A DNA stretch of 38,091 nt, from positions 3,845 through 41,935 of the forward strand of contig JAHFCY010000002.1 of the NCBI GenBank assembly GCA_023249255.1, given 5' to 3'. This DNA is from Candidatus Lindowiibacteriota bacterium (GTDB lineage Bacteria; Lindowbacteria; 2-12-FULL-62-27). The translations under genes and the position numbers were made by a program. Below the pieces are notes generated by a model. The model did no database searches. It was not told the origin of the DNA and was given only the letters and a program-made list of their open reading frames with translations. Of this stretch, positions 14,501 through 19,717 are shown one piece after another; positions within the stretch are counted from its first letter, which is position 1; the number at the start of each line of letters is the position of its first letter.

Positions 14501-16695
14501 TTGATGACAAGCCCCGTGTGGTTCGTCGAACTGATCCCGTAAAGCCCCCCGACGGTCTTCGCCCCCGGCGGGTCGATCACGGTGAGGGCCGAATCGACGC
14601 CGATGAGAATGGCGGTGTCCTTGTCGATCACAACCGTCTCCGAATACAGGCCGGCGTCGACAAAGATCGTGTCTCCGGGGTTGGCCACGCTTAGGGCTTT
14701 GGTGATCGTTCGATACGGCGCTGTCCGGCTGCCGTTTCCCGTCACATTGTCGCCCGTCGCGTATGTGTAGCTGTCGCTCGCCCGCGAACTGTCGTTCACA
14801 AAAAATCCGACGAAGGGAGGGGGCGTGTGGATTTTTAATATTTTCAGATTGTCGACAAATGCGTTTCTGTTGAGGTTGAGACCGCCAAGAGCATTCACCC
14901 GGAAAAAATCCTGATTGCCGATATGCAGATTCTGAACGGTGTCTTGGGTGGTATAGGTAGCGTCAAATATACTGAGTACGGCCTGGGGATGCGGGGTTTC
15001 ATTCGTGTTGGACGTCGGATAGTAGGTTGTGCATGTGTGTTCTCCGTCGCCCGTGTAGTGTATCTCTATCCCACGGGCGCCTTTAAATCCGACAAGAGTC
15101 CCGCAAGTACCGGCGCCGTCCTTCAACTCTTTTCTCACCCATGTGAATGAAGCGTCGAATGCACCGGTCACAATTCCCAACACGGTTTGAATTTGCCTGC
15201 CGTCGGCCTGCCGCCCGTCAACCCGATACATTTGCATTCTATCGGAAACTTCAGAGAACCCGCCGGACGAAGCACCCCCCGTAAAATCGATCTTGTACCC
15301 CGTGCCGTCCATAGCAGGTGTAATCTCATTTTGAGGATTAACGTTGTCGGCAAGCACGGACCCGGCCAACACTTGGTTCGAACTTCCGGCGTAAAACAGC
15401 CGAACGTCGTTGAAATAGCCAATGCGCGCGGCGCCGCCTGTCAGGCCGCAATTGACGTCCCAGTTGACGACCTCCTCTCCCTTGATGTCGAATTTGATTA
15501 GAGCCGCATCGTCTTCGGTCAACCCATACTGAACACGCGCGCCGAGATAACATCCGGGAATGTGTTGTGCGGAATTTTCCCGTTGTTGGAGTTGTACCCA
15601 CTTATTCGTCGCGTCGTAACTCGGGACACCTTGGTTGCTTCCAGGGGCGGCAAGCGTATAAATAGAGGTGTTTAGAATGCTGTTTACATCAAAGTGATCA
15701 TCGAGGAGTAGAACCGTATCGGTGGATGCCGGTGGCGGGGGAGGAGGTGGCTCAACCGCGGGTCCTTCGATCTGTTTGATGTTTATGTTGTCGAGAAACG
15801 CCTGCTGCTGTCCGCCTTGGCCGGACTTCCGCTGAAGGTCCTGGGCGCCGATGTTCAGGTATTTCGGCCCGGGGCTCGATGTATATGTGTTGTCAATCGC
15901 GGTCACGGCCGGCGAGCCGTTGAAGACGACGCCCGTGCAGGTGTGAACTCCGTCGGCGGTGTAGTGGATATGCACGGCCCGCGACCCGCTCAGGAACGTG
16001 CGGTTCTGACTCGGGATGAACTGCGACTTGACGAAGATGAAAGATTGTTGTCCCGAAGAAAAGGCGTTCGTGGTCGTTGCAAGCACGGTCTGTATTTGAG
16101 CCCCATCCACGTTCCGCCCGTCCACCCTGTAAATGCGCATGCTGCTGAACGGCTGCTCCGTGACGCTCGGGGGGTCTCCTCCGCCGTCTCCCACAAAGTC
16201 CACCTTGTACCCAGTTCCGTTTACCGCCGGCGTGATCGTGTTCGCCGGCGGGTCGCAGTTCTGGCAGTTTCCGCTGCGGATCGAGTTGCTCGACGCCGCG
16301 TAGAATACGCGCGCGTCGTTCGATATGCCATCGGTCGTGCTGAACGTGGAATTTTCTTTTCCGAACCAGTCCCACCTAGCCAGGAAGGCGTCGCCGCCGC
16401 CGAGCGTGTAGTCGAGTTTCACATTGAAGTAAGAGCCTGGGACATAGTTCGACAGGTCATCGTGGGTGAACACCACCTGGCCGTTGCTGAAGCCGGGCTC
16501 GAAGGCGTTGTCGCCGCGGCCAACGCCAAAAGGTGTGGGGGTCGTCTTGAAGTAGAGGTCGGCGTTCCCCGTGCTGTCGGTGTCGAACGTGTCGTTGAGG
16601 AGGAGGGTGTCTCCATAACTTGTGCGGGTGATTAATATCGCCAGACCGAGAGCATAGATGCCGACCCAGTCGACCCACGTTCGACCGGGTCTCAC
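1..16695 (-). CDS. Giant secreted cell-surface adhesin-like protein, partial (first 5,565 codons; the stop lies left of the window)
   Basis: Absent from the ORF track because it has no stop in the window. All 17 listed minus-strand ORFs between 1 and 16,690 have end coordinates equal to 1 or 2 mod 3, and none is in frame 0. Hand translation of frame 0 at 60, 3000, 9000, 14460 and 16695 gives clean protein (ADRIDLLADPPRINGDGLDK; RTEPLRISFEWSAYQNLGLG; TVPRVFAGIPQQPVSTRFEL; ENVDWSVVANVDASFLGNNG). The frame is closed upstream by TAA at 16714-16716. The first start is GTG at 16693-16695, overlapping the TGA of the upstream gene (GTGA). The N-terminus MRPGRTWVDWVGIYALGLAILI looks like a signal peptide or membrane anchor. 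Confidence 0.88.
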   Translation of the reverse strand, partial: MRPGRTWVDWVGIYALGLAILITRTSYGDTLLLNDTFDTDSTGNADLYFKTTPTPFGVGRGDNAFEPGFSNGQVVFTHDDLSNYVPGSYFNVKLDYTLGGGDAFLARWDWFGKENSTFSTTDGISNDARVFYAASSNSIRSGNCQNCDPPANTITPAVNGTGYKVDFVGDGGGDPPSVTEQPFSSMRIYRVDGRNVDGAQIQTVLATTTNAFSSGQQSFIFVKSQFIPSQNRTFLSGSRAVHIHYTADGVHTCTGVVFNGSPAVTAIDNTYTSSPGPKYLNIGAQDLQRKSGQGGQQQAFLDNINIKQIEGPAVEPPPPPPPASTDTVLLLDDHFDVNSILNTSIYTLAAPGSNQGVPSYDATNKWVQLQQRENSAQHIPGCYLGARVQYGLTEDDAALIKFDIKGEEVVNWDVNCGLTGGAARIGYFNDVRLFYAGSSNQVLAGSVLADNVNPQNEITPAMDGTGYKIDFTGGASSGGFSEVSDRMQMYRVDGRQADGRQIQTVLGIVTGAFDASFTWVRKELKDGAGTCGTLVGFKGARGIEIHYTGDGEHTCTTYYPTSNTNETPHPQAVLSIFDATYTTQDTVQNLHIGNQDFFRVNALGGLNLNRNAFVDNLKILKIHTPPPFVGFFVNDSSRASDSYTYATGDNVTGNGSRTAPYRTITKALSVANPGDTIFVDAGLYSETVVIDKDTAILIGVDSALTVIDPPGAKTVGGLYGISSTNHTGLVIKNFNVIDAYDGIHFENVDWSVVANVDASFLGNNGIYLTGSENNVINQSMANSNTVQGIHLSSGSNGNLVEGNTANSNSAGIRVESSNANDIHQNDIASNGTGIWIPGTSSGNVIAKNNIVFNSTNNILNQSANVQSLIRNWWGTTDRSSIAAKFNDPASAFVPYRIGEVDTSSGADTTAPASPRNIGVLVQGTGVRLTWDTPTTDEEVGPLNDLVGYRIYRSIARDPSSRHPALADLGTGATSYMDTGNPGDTLYYWLTSYDTNANGRENESWFSDTIMAAIPVPQTETTTFVFREVFDTAEVINNADVFQKIGQVSVDNGSVLLTYSGATGSLLECTVPLMPVGEDTYVIDMGFLGGGSTLAVRMWMGYNLGPVGPQHPGGPFGTISSWPALEAVFSSTGQRVSGSRTGYVVEFVSQSNEIHFWRVDGGVNVLLSSTALGFNPLFFLRRLVIEQTGEGLHQITAEYDTGMPFSRQYAFYEGTYKPFGVKKGLQFFAGAFGSPGVILSQRGDTWVVYTKKGPPRPPEIPVPVIYQTTAVHRETWDTRVDPFPDAVQYKMGCADNITICTAQIVGGALRLSTGAKGSGGSRGSFIGNVTGRDINSNPPAVTWTDRDTMEVDISFLQMSFGITDLFQYHYAWDTFATDVFGTFPGQGYLMSVSNGGGGNISILRRDTGSVILASANTGGSVINRLERVKVTMGSEGVQSARVELSDTTILLEYFDDAVKQMRGYGYVQTGPSSQTSTTDTWVVVKQEAVPDNRVFWAGPIWYVNDTSTTGDRFTSELGNDTNVGSPSRPFRTIRRALEAVKSGEAISIDAGIYAETVVIETDRISVTGAGAGVTVIDPPGEQTTTGLYGILAANRTELTVKDLAVMGSNQGIRLEGVSASEMTGIAAIGNGQAGIDLAGGSNNNIVTNNVLRANGAGASIGIASFNTLKQNDISENDTGIWIFGASSGNAITKNNIFGNRVNNAFNESGDSQTLTRNWWGTTNEGEIATKFNDPVSAFLPYRLGEVDTRTDVDTTAPAAPSAVAADTSVGGQLRLTWQKPTLDEEGGALTGLAGFRIYRDTDPAQQDWKARSFIAEVTAADTEYVDTPVAAGVRLYYRLTAFDGAAFPNESFFTETIAALPQAAVSVVRPTILSPDSGALVSGNPVVEIAAAGIDTVQLMEGGAVLFAARVDTATMRAKFLLFPGLASGRRDVTARGFLASGEPTLSSDTVTWNVDATAPGPPVITSPLNVDTVPRPVIVGTAEAGSTVAIFVDLRKLDNAPFGAGRDGFMIGRGDSFVQRVRFTETVKNASSVQMRASATGMTLNAQYGLEIYEGETIANLRRIFVSPTLTDQIGAILNPASFPLSGVIFEAGKTYWFSFVLKGIGLTPTSAPFLSPDTIFSEGNGFLFAGAGSAAAGGDWQFRLADDKGFPIVLNGVPVQFESKAAIPFLLGEAVADPTGKFTLVSPVSLPDGPITFSARATDAVGNHSEFSAGAQDTIDGTAPAAPVITTPSDGTRSEDTTPLVAGSAEPGTRVEIFDGGTFLASTFADRSSGYFQVEVPQGSALGFDTHVISAEALDAVGNRSPPSNTVIYVVTDVTPPRISVLEPLPRTYSIRETTTIDVQTTDNLSGVDPASLRIVLADPFGDTPLANGQILVMEELGLGAFEFRASAADVAGNVDTASRQFTVADDVTPIADITQPTGAEPDFSDTVIEVRGTATDSFFLSYELRAFFEGPPDSAVGLFTATPTTAVVDGLLGSFDVGALEKNGTYRIELIVRDTSGNTASDVVRVGVDNPRPPSAPRNPYAASPTADSTPAFSWTNATDENKKDTLTYRLEIDTDPNFTVPRVFAGIPQQPVSTRFELPAVSALSDSIYFWRVRANDGTFDGPYSDTGRIRVKSTLPLIVITSPTFNQLISDTAGGPHITDVTGSITGPSVDTHFVQVSPTAAPSDVTTTDMGFDTVISGLIGLWGTAGFSSADYDIVVTAFDKTGDSSMAGVRVFLSKPSGIRVVSPSPPYEVRTNVPGDNIQFFAEIVDARGNALEGETLDAKLSPSGIGEGEITVTSPSLAPTFHTVTFQGATVAGTSEIGMHVMSTTIPRQAAETVTVTRKQGEIARIEISFPDLAGDPPPIKANGSDTTRILVRAFDDLGNPVPDVVIDLKVVPNGFGKILGAVAPPPPQLVTDTGGTARSVYFVQTFEEGTAQLSAEVVNKTSVSTAKSIKRVGVASRLFVDFRPDSPINPLKPQDSVMKADGSRGTIRIIATNSSRTPVPNTKIEVSVIPNIGTLADTILITDFLGKAATTIRADSVGFATIIARAPEDGNITGTKVLTFIPGAVAKVLVSFDPDTLLAVGNRDTATVTVRLLDSKNNPVPGANMFVTTETGAGLNFSPGVTATSNGAGEAKFVVGGQTKSGSGLFRAQVFGTNVAETVAYFVFPGPPSKLVINATPRTIKANGRDTSALAATLNDAFLNPIPFTPIAFDVLNDSGFISGGNFTDTIGVTDEMGRTALAFHAGTEPGTVPIEGRVTRAGDTDLTFQRTVFLAGNPDTIVLKVKPSVIVANGDSLAAVTATVYDRLATPVPGETVQFRVTSGRATPADTFGHTDVSGRATVFFRADTVAGNVTVFAQVQKFERVNDTIGFLKEPGPGVRMTATIDSTLMTAGGGEAGFIEVQIFDTFGNFADSEVVSLRVTGARSGVGPQLGRARVLGAPLTDAEGRFTASYEVGTKADTVRIIVEKISPFPALTDTLTVLVVPAKPEIIKIVGRAPLGLVADGVGTSAITARVTDTFGNAVGSERVVFDVLNQDGSFGSIVFTEPATSFEDGRVRATYLAGDSAAIVVIRATDVTDPADTFSDTAELFVYGKETLIHFTASPEPVILDKGDTSDLAIRITDKTSPTPIPKPLSAILMSVSGPGSVTTPALSADSAGAAQILYKADTRAGIATIRVTVTSDSPPTNAEFPIRLVSGNPASIEVFSDTGVVVSDGQDKLMVGGRLRDLFGNLVPGRMVRFSASSGSFTSEEAGPSDLNGEARTFYFPSIISGTVAISGVVVANPALSDTLIVTVVQSPPDSIDARAVPDTIQLLSARDTSLIEARVYDRQGLPIINRPMRFEIKEGTGTITAPATTDLSGVVRTVFKADTVAGDVEIRVFDGLGFSQVRGIAKLKILPGPVERILLSHDTPVRGNGLRSLTRILAEEADTFGNKVGVIDTINFTVAAGPAVFDNLQKTTAAGTNEFGEAGALLSIEGRDTSAIVRAQSVNKAAVFSDLEIRVKLPLDATFDFDVVADTNVMTAGQAESATLTVKVSDALGPFAGQAVAIRIMEASGDTRPGRPFGSFENGETTITIFTNVAGVARTGYFAGTLAGPVTFDATLPGLLDTDQTKKARVRVTAGPAAMVDLRIRTQTIDLKNAITLAYLEAEVTDRFGNDVLNKPVNFAVSTPGGGAVFPKKASSDFAGIATTLYSSSGADKSLDKAVVQACADTICDTIEIELPAGRVDHVILTIADRDLSVSGVGSGDETTPLDIQVLDRAGRGVPNEPVTVRVKYANTTARSNYNFNQPVGSILAAIIDSRPLNSGRKTVFVSDTEGRVRVPMTSGQFNRPLQIVAEAGPGDTKVINIRGGPPVRNFPFFHRNNLPAAGGPGVTVPGDARQSSLTLQVYDVYGNDLPEITGMVAIDTGPPDSGSLRDKNVFTGVAAFSEFFARLHGFEGVTVYTSGSDTGVVTVRSDVQGTPPQFASITIVDYFTEFVSKTKDPVRADGVDSTVIRVRYRRTTDGSPIADVPVFFALSTFVPTSRPDPFVASFDGNCNFQTTSILDFNEIFIAGSPPSTVTDAAGVAEARLTRTEPLRISFEWSAYQNLGLGGEGDGVFVRFFGPDDLQICQDNSPPVFRMNGTDTRIVSVVVLEQNKWGVPNTPIPGEQVQFEIVNGQGSFRVINAVTDTVGHAEFELTAGRGPEQFVRVRARIDTSAFPRAVGLAAEGIIPYTPDEPENLVISFDSNPVAANSLVKITVTSLDTFGIVRPGDTLSIVVERGSGEIVTTDTVTDLSGQVQAFYVGDLIAGKVVIRVDNLADTTGQTFETAVLVVLPGPPDHMKLSADTTVLVARSKDTTNLFAQVEDAVGNIIFSGSVSFTLSSIVGASGRLDSSVSAILSEGFARNIYTASDTIGVSTVTAFSSEDTAIDDFLDIDQVAGPPARLQLRSDTPALYADGRSVAFLTVNFLDTFGNPAGAPNRTVLFSVTSGSGEARGIETLTDTKGVATGFYRAGTDVGRAVISAVDAGAGTFRDTVSIELIAGPPRQIEVSADKIFVKANKKDTASISVRVSDEFGRTMKAVALAAEVVSGPGLVRVDTRAALAAEESARFVFASDSALGVATVRVTVAGSQPAISRAVDLVLTNDVASKLNVSAIPSEVVADGGSEVLLDAEALDAFDHPVPGDTIFFSILQGPGQIGQASAVTNFLGKAQSLYVSGTRTETVIVQFVDASPETDLVETAVIVLRPVEIMVTSEDPIVMRANRKDTTLLTAELRSAVDGNPVPGFPVTVAQLKGSGEFSPSEDVSDAGGEVQVDYKASLTPGDEIVEFSPKGAAPKPSDSVTVRLVDRAQRIQIFVPRTALKSDGKDSMAFAVTAFDKNGNGVPRELIQIDITPIAGGDGGRVDVRRKTTRSPTGSTAFTYFTGPDLGQFLLTAMDIEADTPLVDSLVLTIIEGDPATFDIAVSKRELKAVDVADKSIIEVSVRDALGHVIPNDFIQFSCDFRNALDNSPVLTSCFLSATNNVTDTNRPAVAEFYPDATSGTATIKIEDIEGSRVLLDTAVQIVVLPGEADRIDLLADPPRINGDGLDK
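11110..12130 (-). other. Right-handed parallel beta-helix followed by an FN3 domain, copy 2 (domains of the giant protein)
   Basis: RPFRTIRRALEAVKSGEAISIDAGIYAETVVI, then NDTGIWIFGASSGNAITKNN and NWWGTTNEGE. This is followed by TTAPAAPS..LRLTWQKPTLDEEGG..GFRIYRD..YYRLTAFDGAAFPNES. Confidence 0.65.
13660..14730 (-). other. Right-handed parallel beta-helix (PbH1/NosD-like) followed by an FN3 domain, copy 1 (domains of the giant protein)
   Basis: Entry motif APYRTITKALSVANPGDTIFVDAGLYSETVVI. Repeated N/G/I-rich turns (NNGIYLTGSENNVINQS, SAGIRVESSNANDIHQN, NGTGIWIPGTSSGNVIAKN) and an NWWGTTD cap. This is followed by TTAPASPRN..VRLTWDTPTTDEE..GYRIYRS..YYWLTSYDTNANGRENES. Confidence 0.65.
14830..16620 (-). 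repeat. Two paralogous ~280-aa beta-rich N-terminal modules of the giant protein, joined by a poly-Pro linker (EPPPPPPPAS, ~15724-15753)
   Basis: Shared blocks between the two modules: MRIYRVDGRNVDGAQIQTVL / MQMYRVDGRQADGRQIQTVL; HIHYTADGVHTCTG / EIHYTGDGEHTCTT; ITPAVNGTGYKVDF / ITPAMDGTGYKIDF. Fold family not recognised; it may be a lectin or jelly-roll type. Confidence 0.6.
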
Positions 16696-17060
16696 TTCCA
16701 GTTGATTCTCCCCTTATACTTCAGAACCTTCCTTGCATACTCAATAGCCTCTGTTACGGTGGCAAACGTGTCGTCGCCAGGGTCATGCCTCCACATGATC
16801 AGACTCGGTGTGTCGGACTCGATCCATCCCACAGCGCTGTCCGTCCCGTACGGCTGGATGAACGAGTAGGCGCGGACGATCCCCGTCGTGTCGGTGGTCA
16901 TATTGTTGTCGAGGACGATGCAGGGCAACCGCGTATTATCGTTCGGCACCGAATCGAACTCGTAGTGGCACTTGACGTATATAATGTCGGCCTGCGCCGA
17001 AATACCCATGCCCGCAATGCCCAAAACAACCAGCAACAAAACGGCTAAGGTTCGCTTCAT
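16692..17060 (-). CDS. Small secreted protein of unknown family (122 aa), translationally coupled to the giant gene
   Basis: Track ORF. Signal peptide MKRTLAVLLLVVLGIAGMGISAQA. GGAG lies about 6 nt upstream of the ATG. Its stop TGA overlaps the GTG start of the giant ORF. Paralog of the ORF at 17071-17418. Confidence 0.7.
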   Translation of the reverse strand: MKRTLAVLLLVVLGIAGMGISAQADIIYVKCHYEFDSVPNDNTRLPCIVLDNNMTTDTTGIVRAYSFIQPYGTDSAVGWIESDTPSLIMWRHDPGDDTFATVTEAIEYARKVLKYKGRINWK

Positions 17061-17070
17061 GGCTCCGCCC

Positions 17071-17418
17071 TCAAAACCTGTTCAAATTTCCGGCATACCT
17101 CAGCACCCGCCGGATGTAGTCGATCGCCACCAGCCGGTGCGGAAATTCCGAGATGTGGCTGGACGTCCTCAAAATCGCCATGCTGTCCGAAGTCGCCGTC
17201 ACCCGCACCACCGCCGTCTCGGCGCCCGGTGGAAACACCGCCACCCAGTTCTGCACAGAGGCAGTGCTGTGGATAAGAAAACACGGCACAAGCTGGCTGT
17301 CCGAGTTCAGGTGGTACTTGCACTGAAAATACGCCACATCCGACGACGCCGGGGCGGACCACGCATGGACGAAAAATGCCGCGGCAATCAGCGCCGGAAG
17401 GACAGATCGAAATTTCAT
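17071..17418 (-). CDS. Small secreted protein (115 aa), paralog of 16692-17060
   Basis: Internal ATG at 17416-17418 of track ORF 17071..17556, preceded by AAAGGAG about 9 nt upstream. Signal peptide MKFRSVLPALIAAAFFVHAWS. Motifs shared with its neighbour: D[IV].Y..C.Y...S, L.PC, and AI[ED]Y.R[KR]VL[KR]Y.G.[IL]N. Confidence 0.65.
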   Translation of the reverse strand: MKFRSVLPALIAAAFFVHAWSAPASSDVAYFQCKYHLNSDSQLVPCFLIHSTASVQNWVAVFPPGAETAVVRVTATSDSMAILRTSSHISEFPHRLVAIDYIRRVLRYAGNLNRF

Positions 17419-17699
17419 GTTCGACACGCTCCTTTCGTTGTCCTTGAATTTTGGAATGGGGAATGGAATTTCAGGGGGAAGGACGGACCAGACCGGTACG
17501 CACGGACTCCACCACCGCAGATTCTCTCTCCTGCTGCAAACGCCATCTTCAACCACCCCCGTATATAATATGGAAGAAGGACTGCGTTTAAGCCCCTGTT
17601 CGCCTCTTCAATCAATGCCTTACATCTTATTGGGTAACTTCAGCCCTTTAACCTTCTTGCCCCTCCCCATGTCAAGCTGTATTTTTTGCTATGGGCCGC

Positions 17700-19217
17700 C
17701 TACCCAAGCAGCGTCAGCACGTTCTGCGGCCGCAGATTCGCCTGCGCCAGCATCGCGTTCGCCGCCTGCGACAATACCTGCGCCTTTGTGAACTCGATCA
17801 TCTCCGCCGCCATGTCGGTGTCGCGGATCCGGCTCTCCGCGCTTTGCATCCCCTCCGCAGCCACCAGCGCGAATTGGTACGCGTGGTCCAGGCGGTTCGA
17901 CTGCGCGCCCAACTTCGCGCGCATCCGCGATACGCGATTGATGCCGTCGTCAATTTTTCCGATCGCCGACTCCGCCTTCGCCTGCGTCAACACCGACACG
18001 TCGTACACGTGAAGATTGCCGGCGCGAACGTCCGCCGGCAAGTCCAGCATGATCAGTCCGTTCTTGTTCGCCGACGCCTGGATGGAAATCGGATCCTCCC
18101 GGTCCCCCGCCTTGTCGATGATGTCCTGCGCGATCTTCGGCATGATGTCGGTTTGATACGCCGCAACCGATTGGTTGGAATTTATGACGCCCAAATCGTT
18201 GTCCACGACCAACGCGTCGTATGCCGCAATGGTCCCAGGAACCAAATCGTTGGTAAGAACGTAGGTCGTCACGGTGTCGTCCGTTTTGCCGTCCACATTT
18301 GGATCCAACAGGATATTTCTGGCGGCGGCCTCTCCGTTTGCATTTGTGTTCGGCGGACCCGGCGGCGCGCCGCTGGCCAAATTGTCAATTTCAGTTCCGA
18401 CGGGGTCGTCGTTTTCGGGAGCATAGAGTAGGAAACGTTTCGCATCCGAAGCATAACTGGGGATGCCTCCGTTCATCGTGCCGACAAAGGGCGTATAAAC
18501 ATTGAATAAATTTGCTATGGCATTATAGCCCGGAGAAAAGTCAAAATCGACGGCAACAGCATTGAGCGCCGCTTGAAAGGCTGTGATGTTGTTCGTAAAA
18601 TCGAGTACCTTTCTTGTGTCTTCAGGAACAGACCCATCGCCCACCGTGACCAACGACAAGCGAAAATCAATATTTGCCTTTTTGAGCGCGTCCGTCAATG
18701 TTGTGAGACTGGCCTGTAACCCCGCAAGCGCAGGTGTCGTAACCGCGCTCCCCGTATCTATTCCAAAAACAATATCCGCCTTCGTGTTTTTCGGACCCAG
18801 GATTTTCTTCTCGTTGAACTCCACTGACGTGGACATTCGGTCCAGTTCGTTGATGAGCTGGTCCACCTCAAGCTGAATCAGCGACCGGTCCGAGTCCGAA
18901 TACACGCCGTTCGCCGCCTGCACCGCCAGTTCCCTCATCCTCTGCAGGATGTCGTGAACGGTCTGCAGCGCCGACTCCGCCGTCTGCACCATCGACTGAC
19001 CGTCCTGGATGTTGCGCGCGGCCACCTGATAACCCCGCACCTGCGTGCGCAGTTTCTCCGACACGGCCAGCCCCGCCGCGTCGTCCGAGGCGCGGTTGAT
19101 TCGATAGCCGCTCGACAGCCGCTCCAATGCCTTCGTCAGCGTCCCGTTATTCAACGTCGCTTGCCGGTGCGCAAACATCGCGCTGATGTTATGCCGCACG
19201 TTGAAAATCTCAGACAT
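17700..19217 (-). CDS. fliC: Flagellin (505 aa) with a large central insert
   Basis: N-terminal LSSGYRINRASDDAAGLAVSEKLRTQVRGYQVAARNIQDG and C-terminal MRAKLGAQSNRLDH...ESRIRDTDMAAEMIEFTKAQVLSQAANAMLAQANLRPQNVLTLLG are canonical flagellin D0/D1 segments. Confidence 0.95.
   Translation of the reverse strand: MSEIFNVRHNISAMFAHRQATLNNGTLTKALERLSSGYRINRASDDAAGLAVSEKLRTQVRGYQVAARNIQDGQSMVQTAESALQTVHDILQRMRELAVQAANGVYSDSDRSLIQLEVDQLINELDRMSTSVEFNEKKILGPKNTKADIVFGIDTGSAVTTPALAGLQASLTTLTDALKKANIDFRLSLVTVGDGSVPEDTRKVLDFTNNITAFQAALNAVAVDFDFSPGYNAIANLFNVYTPFVGTMNGGIPSYASDAKRFLLYAPENDDPVGTEIDNLASGAPPGPPNTNANGEAAARNILLDPNVDGKTDDTVTTYVLTNDLVPGTIAAYDALVVDNDLGVINSNQSVAAYQTDIMPKIAQDIIDKAGDREDPISIQASANKNGLIMLDLPADVRAGNLHVYDVSVLTQAKAESAIGKIDDGINRVSRMRAKLGAQSNRLDHAYQFALVAAEGMQSAESRIRDTDMAAEMIEFTKAQVLSQAANAMLAQANLRPQNVLTLLG
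18093..18779 (-). other. vWA-like (Rossmann-type) insert in the flagellin variable region (aa ~147-375)
   Basis: ADIVFGIDTGSAV resembles a vWA beta1 strand plus a degenerate MIDAS motif. It is followed by RLSLVTVGDGS, AKRFLLYAPENDD and TVTTYVLTND in the order expected for vWA strands. Recognised by pattern only. Confidence 0.35.
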
Positions 19218-19717
19218 GATCGATCACCAGATCGTTTCCGCCTTTCCTCTTCTTCACCTCGCACACACCCCCCTCCGCATAGACATACACCTACACCCTC
19301 CCCCTCCAGACGGACGAACACGCACCGCTCGCCTGTCCTTCTTTTTGAGGGTGCAAATGATCCACAACCGCCGGCAGGTCGAACTCTGCCCTGTTCGCTT
19401 GTGGATCCGATATGAACCGTTCGTACCCTTCCTCAAACGGCGCGTCCTGCACCGCTTCGGGTACGATGACATCCATGTCATCGAAAGCGCTTGAAACCGC
19501 CGCTTTCGCCGGTAACTTTTTGGCCCGGCGGAGCTTAAAAAAGCGCCACCGCCGCCTGCGGACAGAACGTCCCTGTCCGTAACGGCTCCACTGGCAACAA
19601 AGGATGGAATGGTGATGAAAGGGATGGAAAAAAAGTCAGTCCATATGGCGGATCAGGTTGTGAATCCCTTCACACTCATTCAGCCTTCCTTGGCCTATAG
19701 ATAGATCCTATCCGCAT

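Noticed and set aside
197-16635. Dozens of plus-strand track ORFs (up to 288 aa) and 17 minus-strand ORFs in frames 1 and 2 across the left 16.7 kb
   Set aside because: They overlap the continuous frame-0 minus-strand ORF. Their translations are Arg/Ser/Pro/Ala-rich and low in complexity, which is typical of off-frame or antisense reading of GC-rich coding DNA. None has recognisable motifs.
17419-17556. N-terminal 46-aa extension of track ORF 17071..17556. Similar upstream extensions occur at 19823, 27244, 27854, 29787, 33923 and 34016.
   Set aside because: In each case an internal ATG has a better SD, begins a signal peptide or conserved N-terminus, or matches the paralog's start. The extended versions overlap upstream genes or non-coding DNA.
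17560-17580. TATAAT-like sequence (gtatataatatgg) and TTGACA (~17660-17670, minus strand) as promoters for the small secreted-protein genes
   Set aside because: Spacing and orientation do not give a convincing -35/-10 pair on the minus strand. The evidence is too weak to annotate.
17691-18431. 246-aa plus-strand ORF
   Set aside because: It is antisense to the flagellin gene and is Arg-rich and low in complexity.
19254-19494. Three mutually overlapping small track ORFs in the flagellin upstream region
   Set aside because: Two are Arg/Cys-rich nonsense. The third (19291-19476, minus strand) has a plausible acidic N-terminus but no SD and a low-complexity tail. It is kept only as a remark in a finding.
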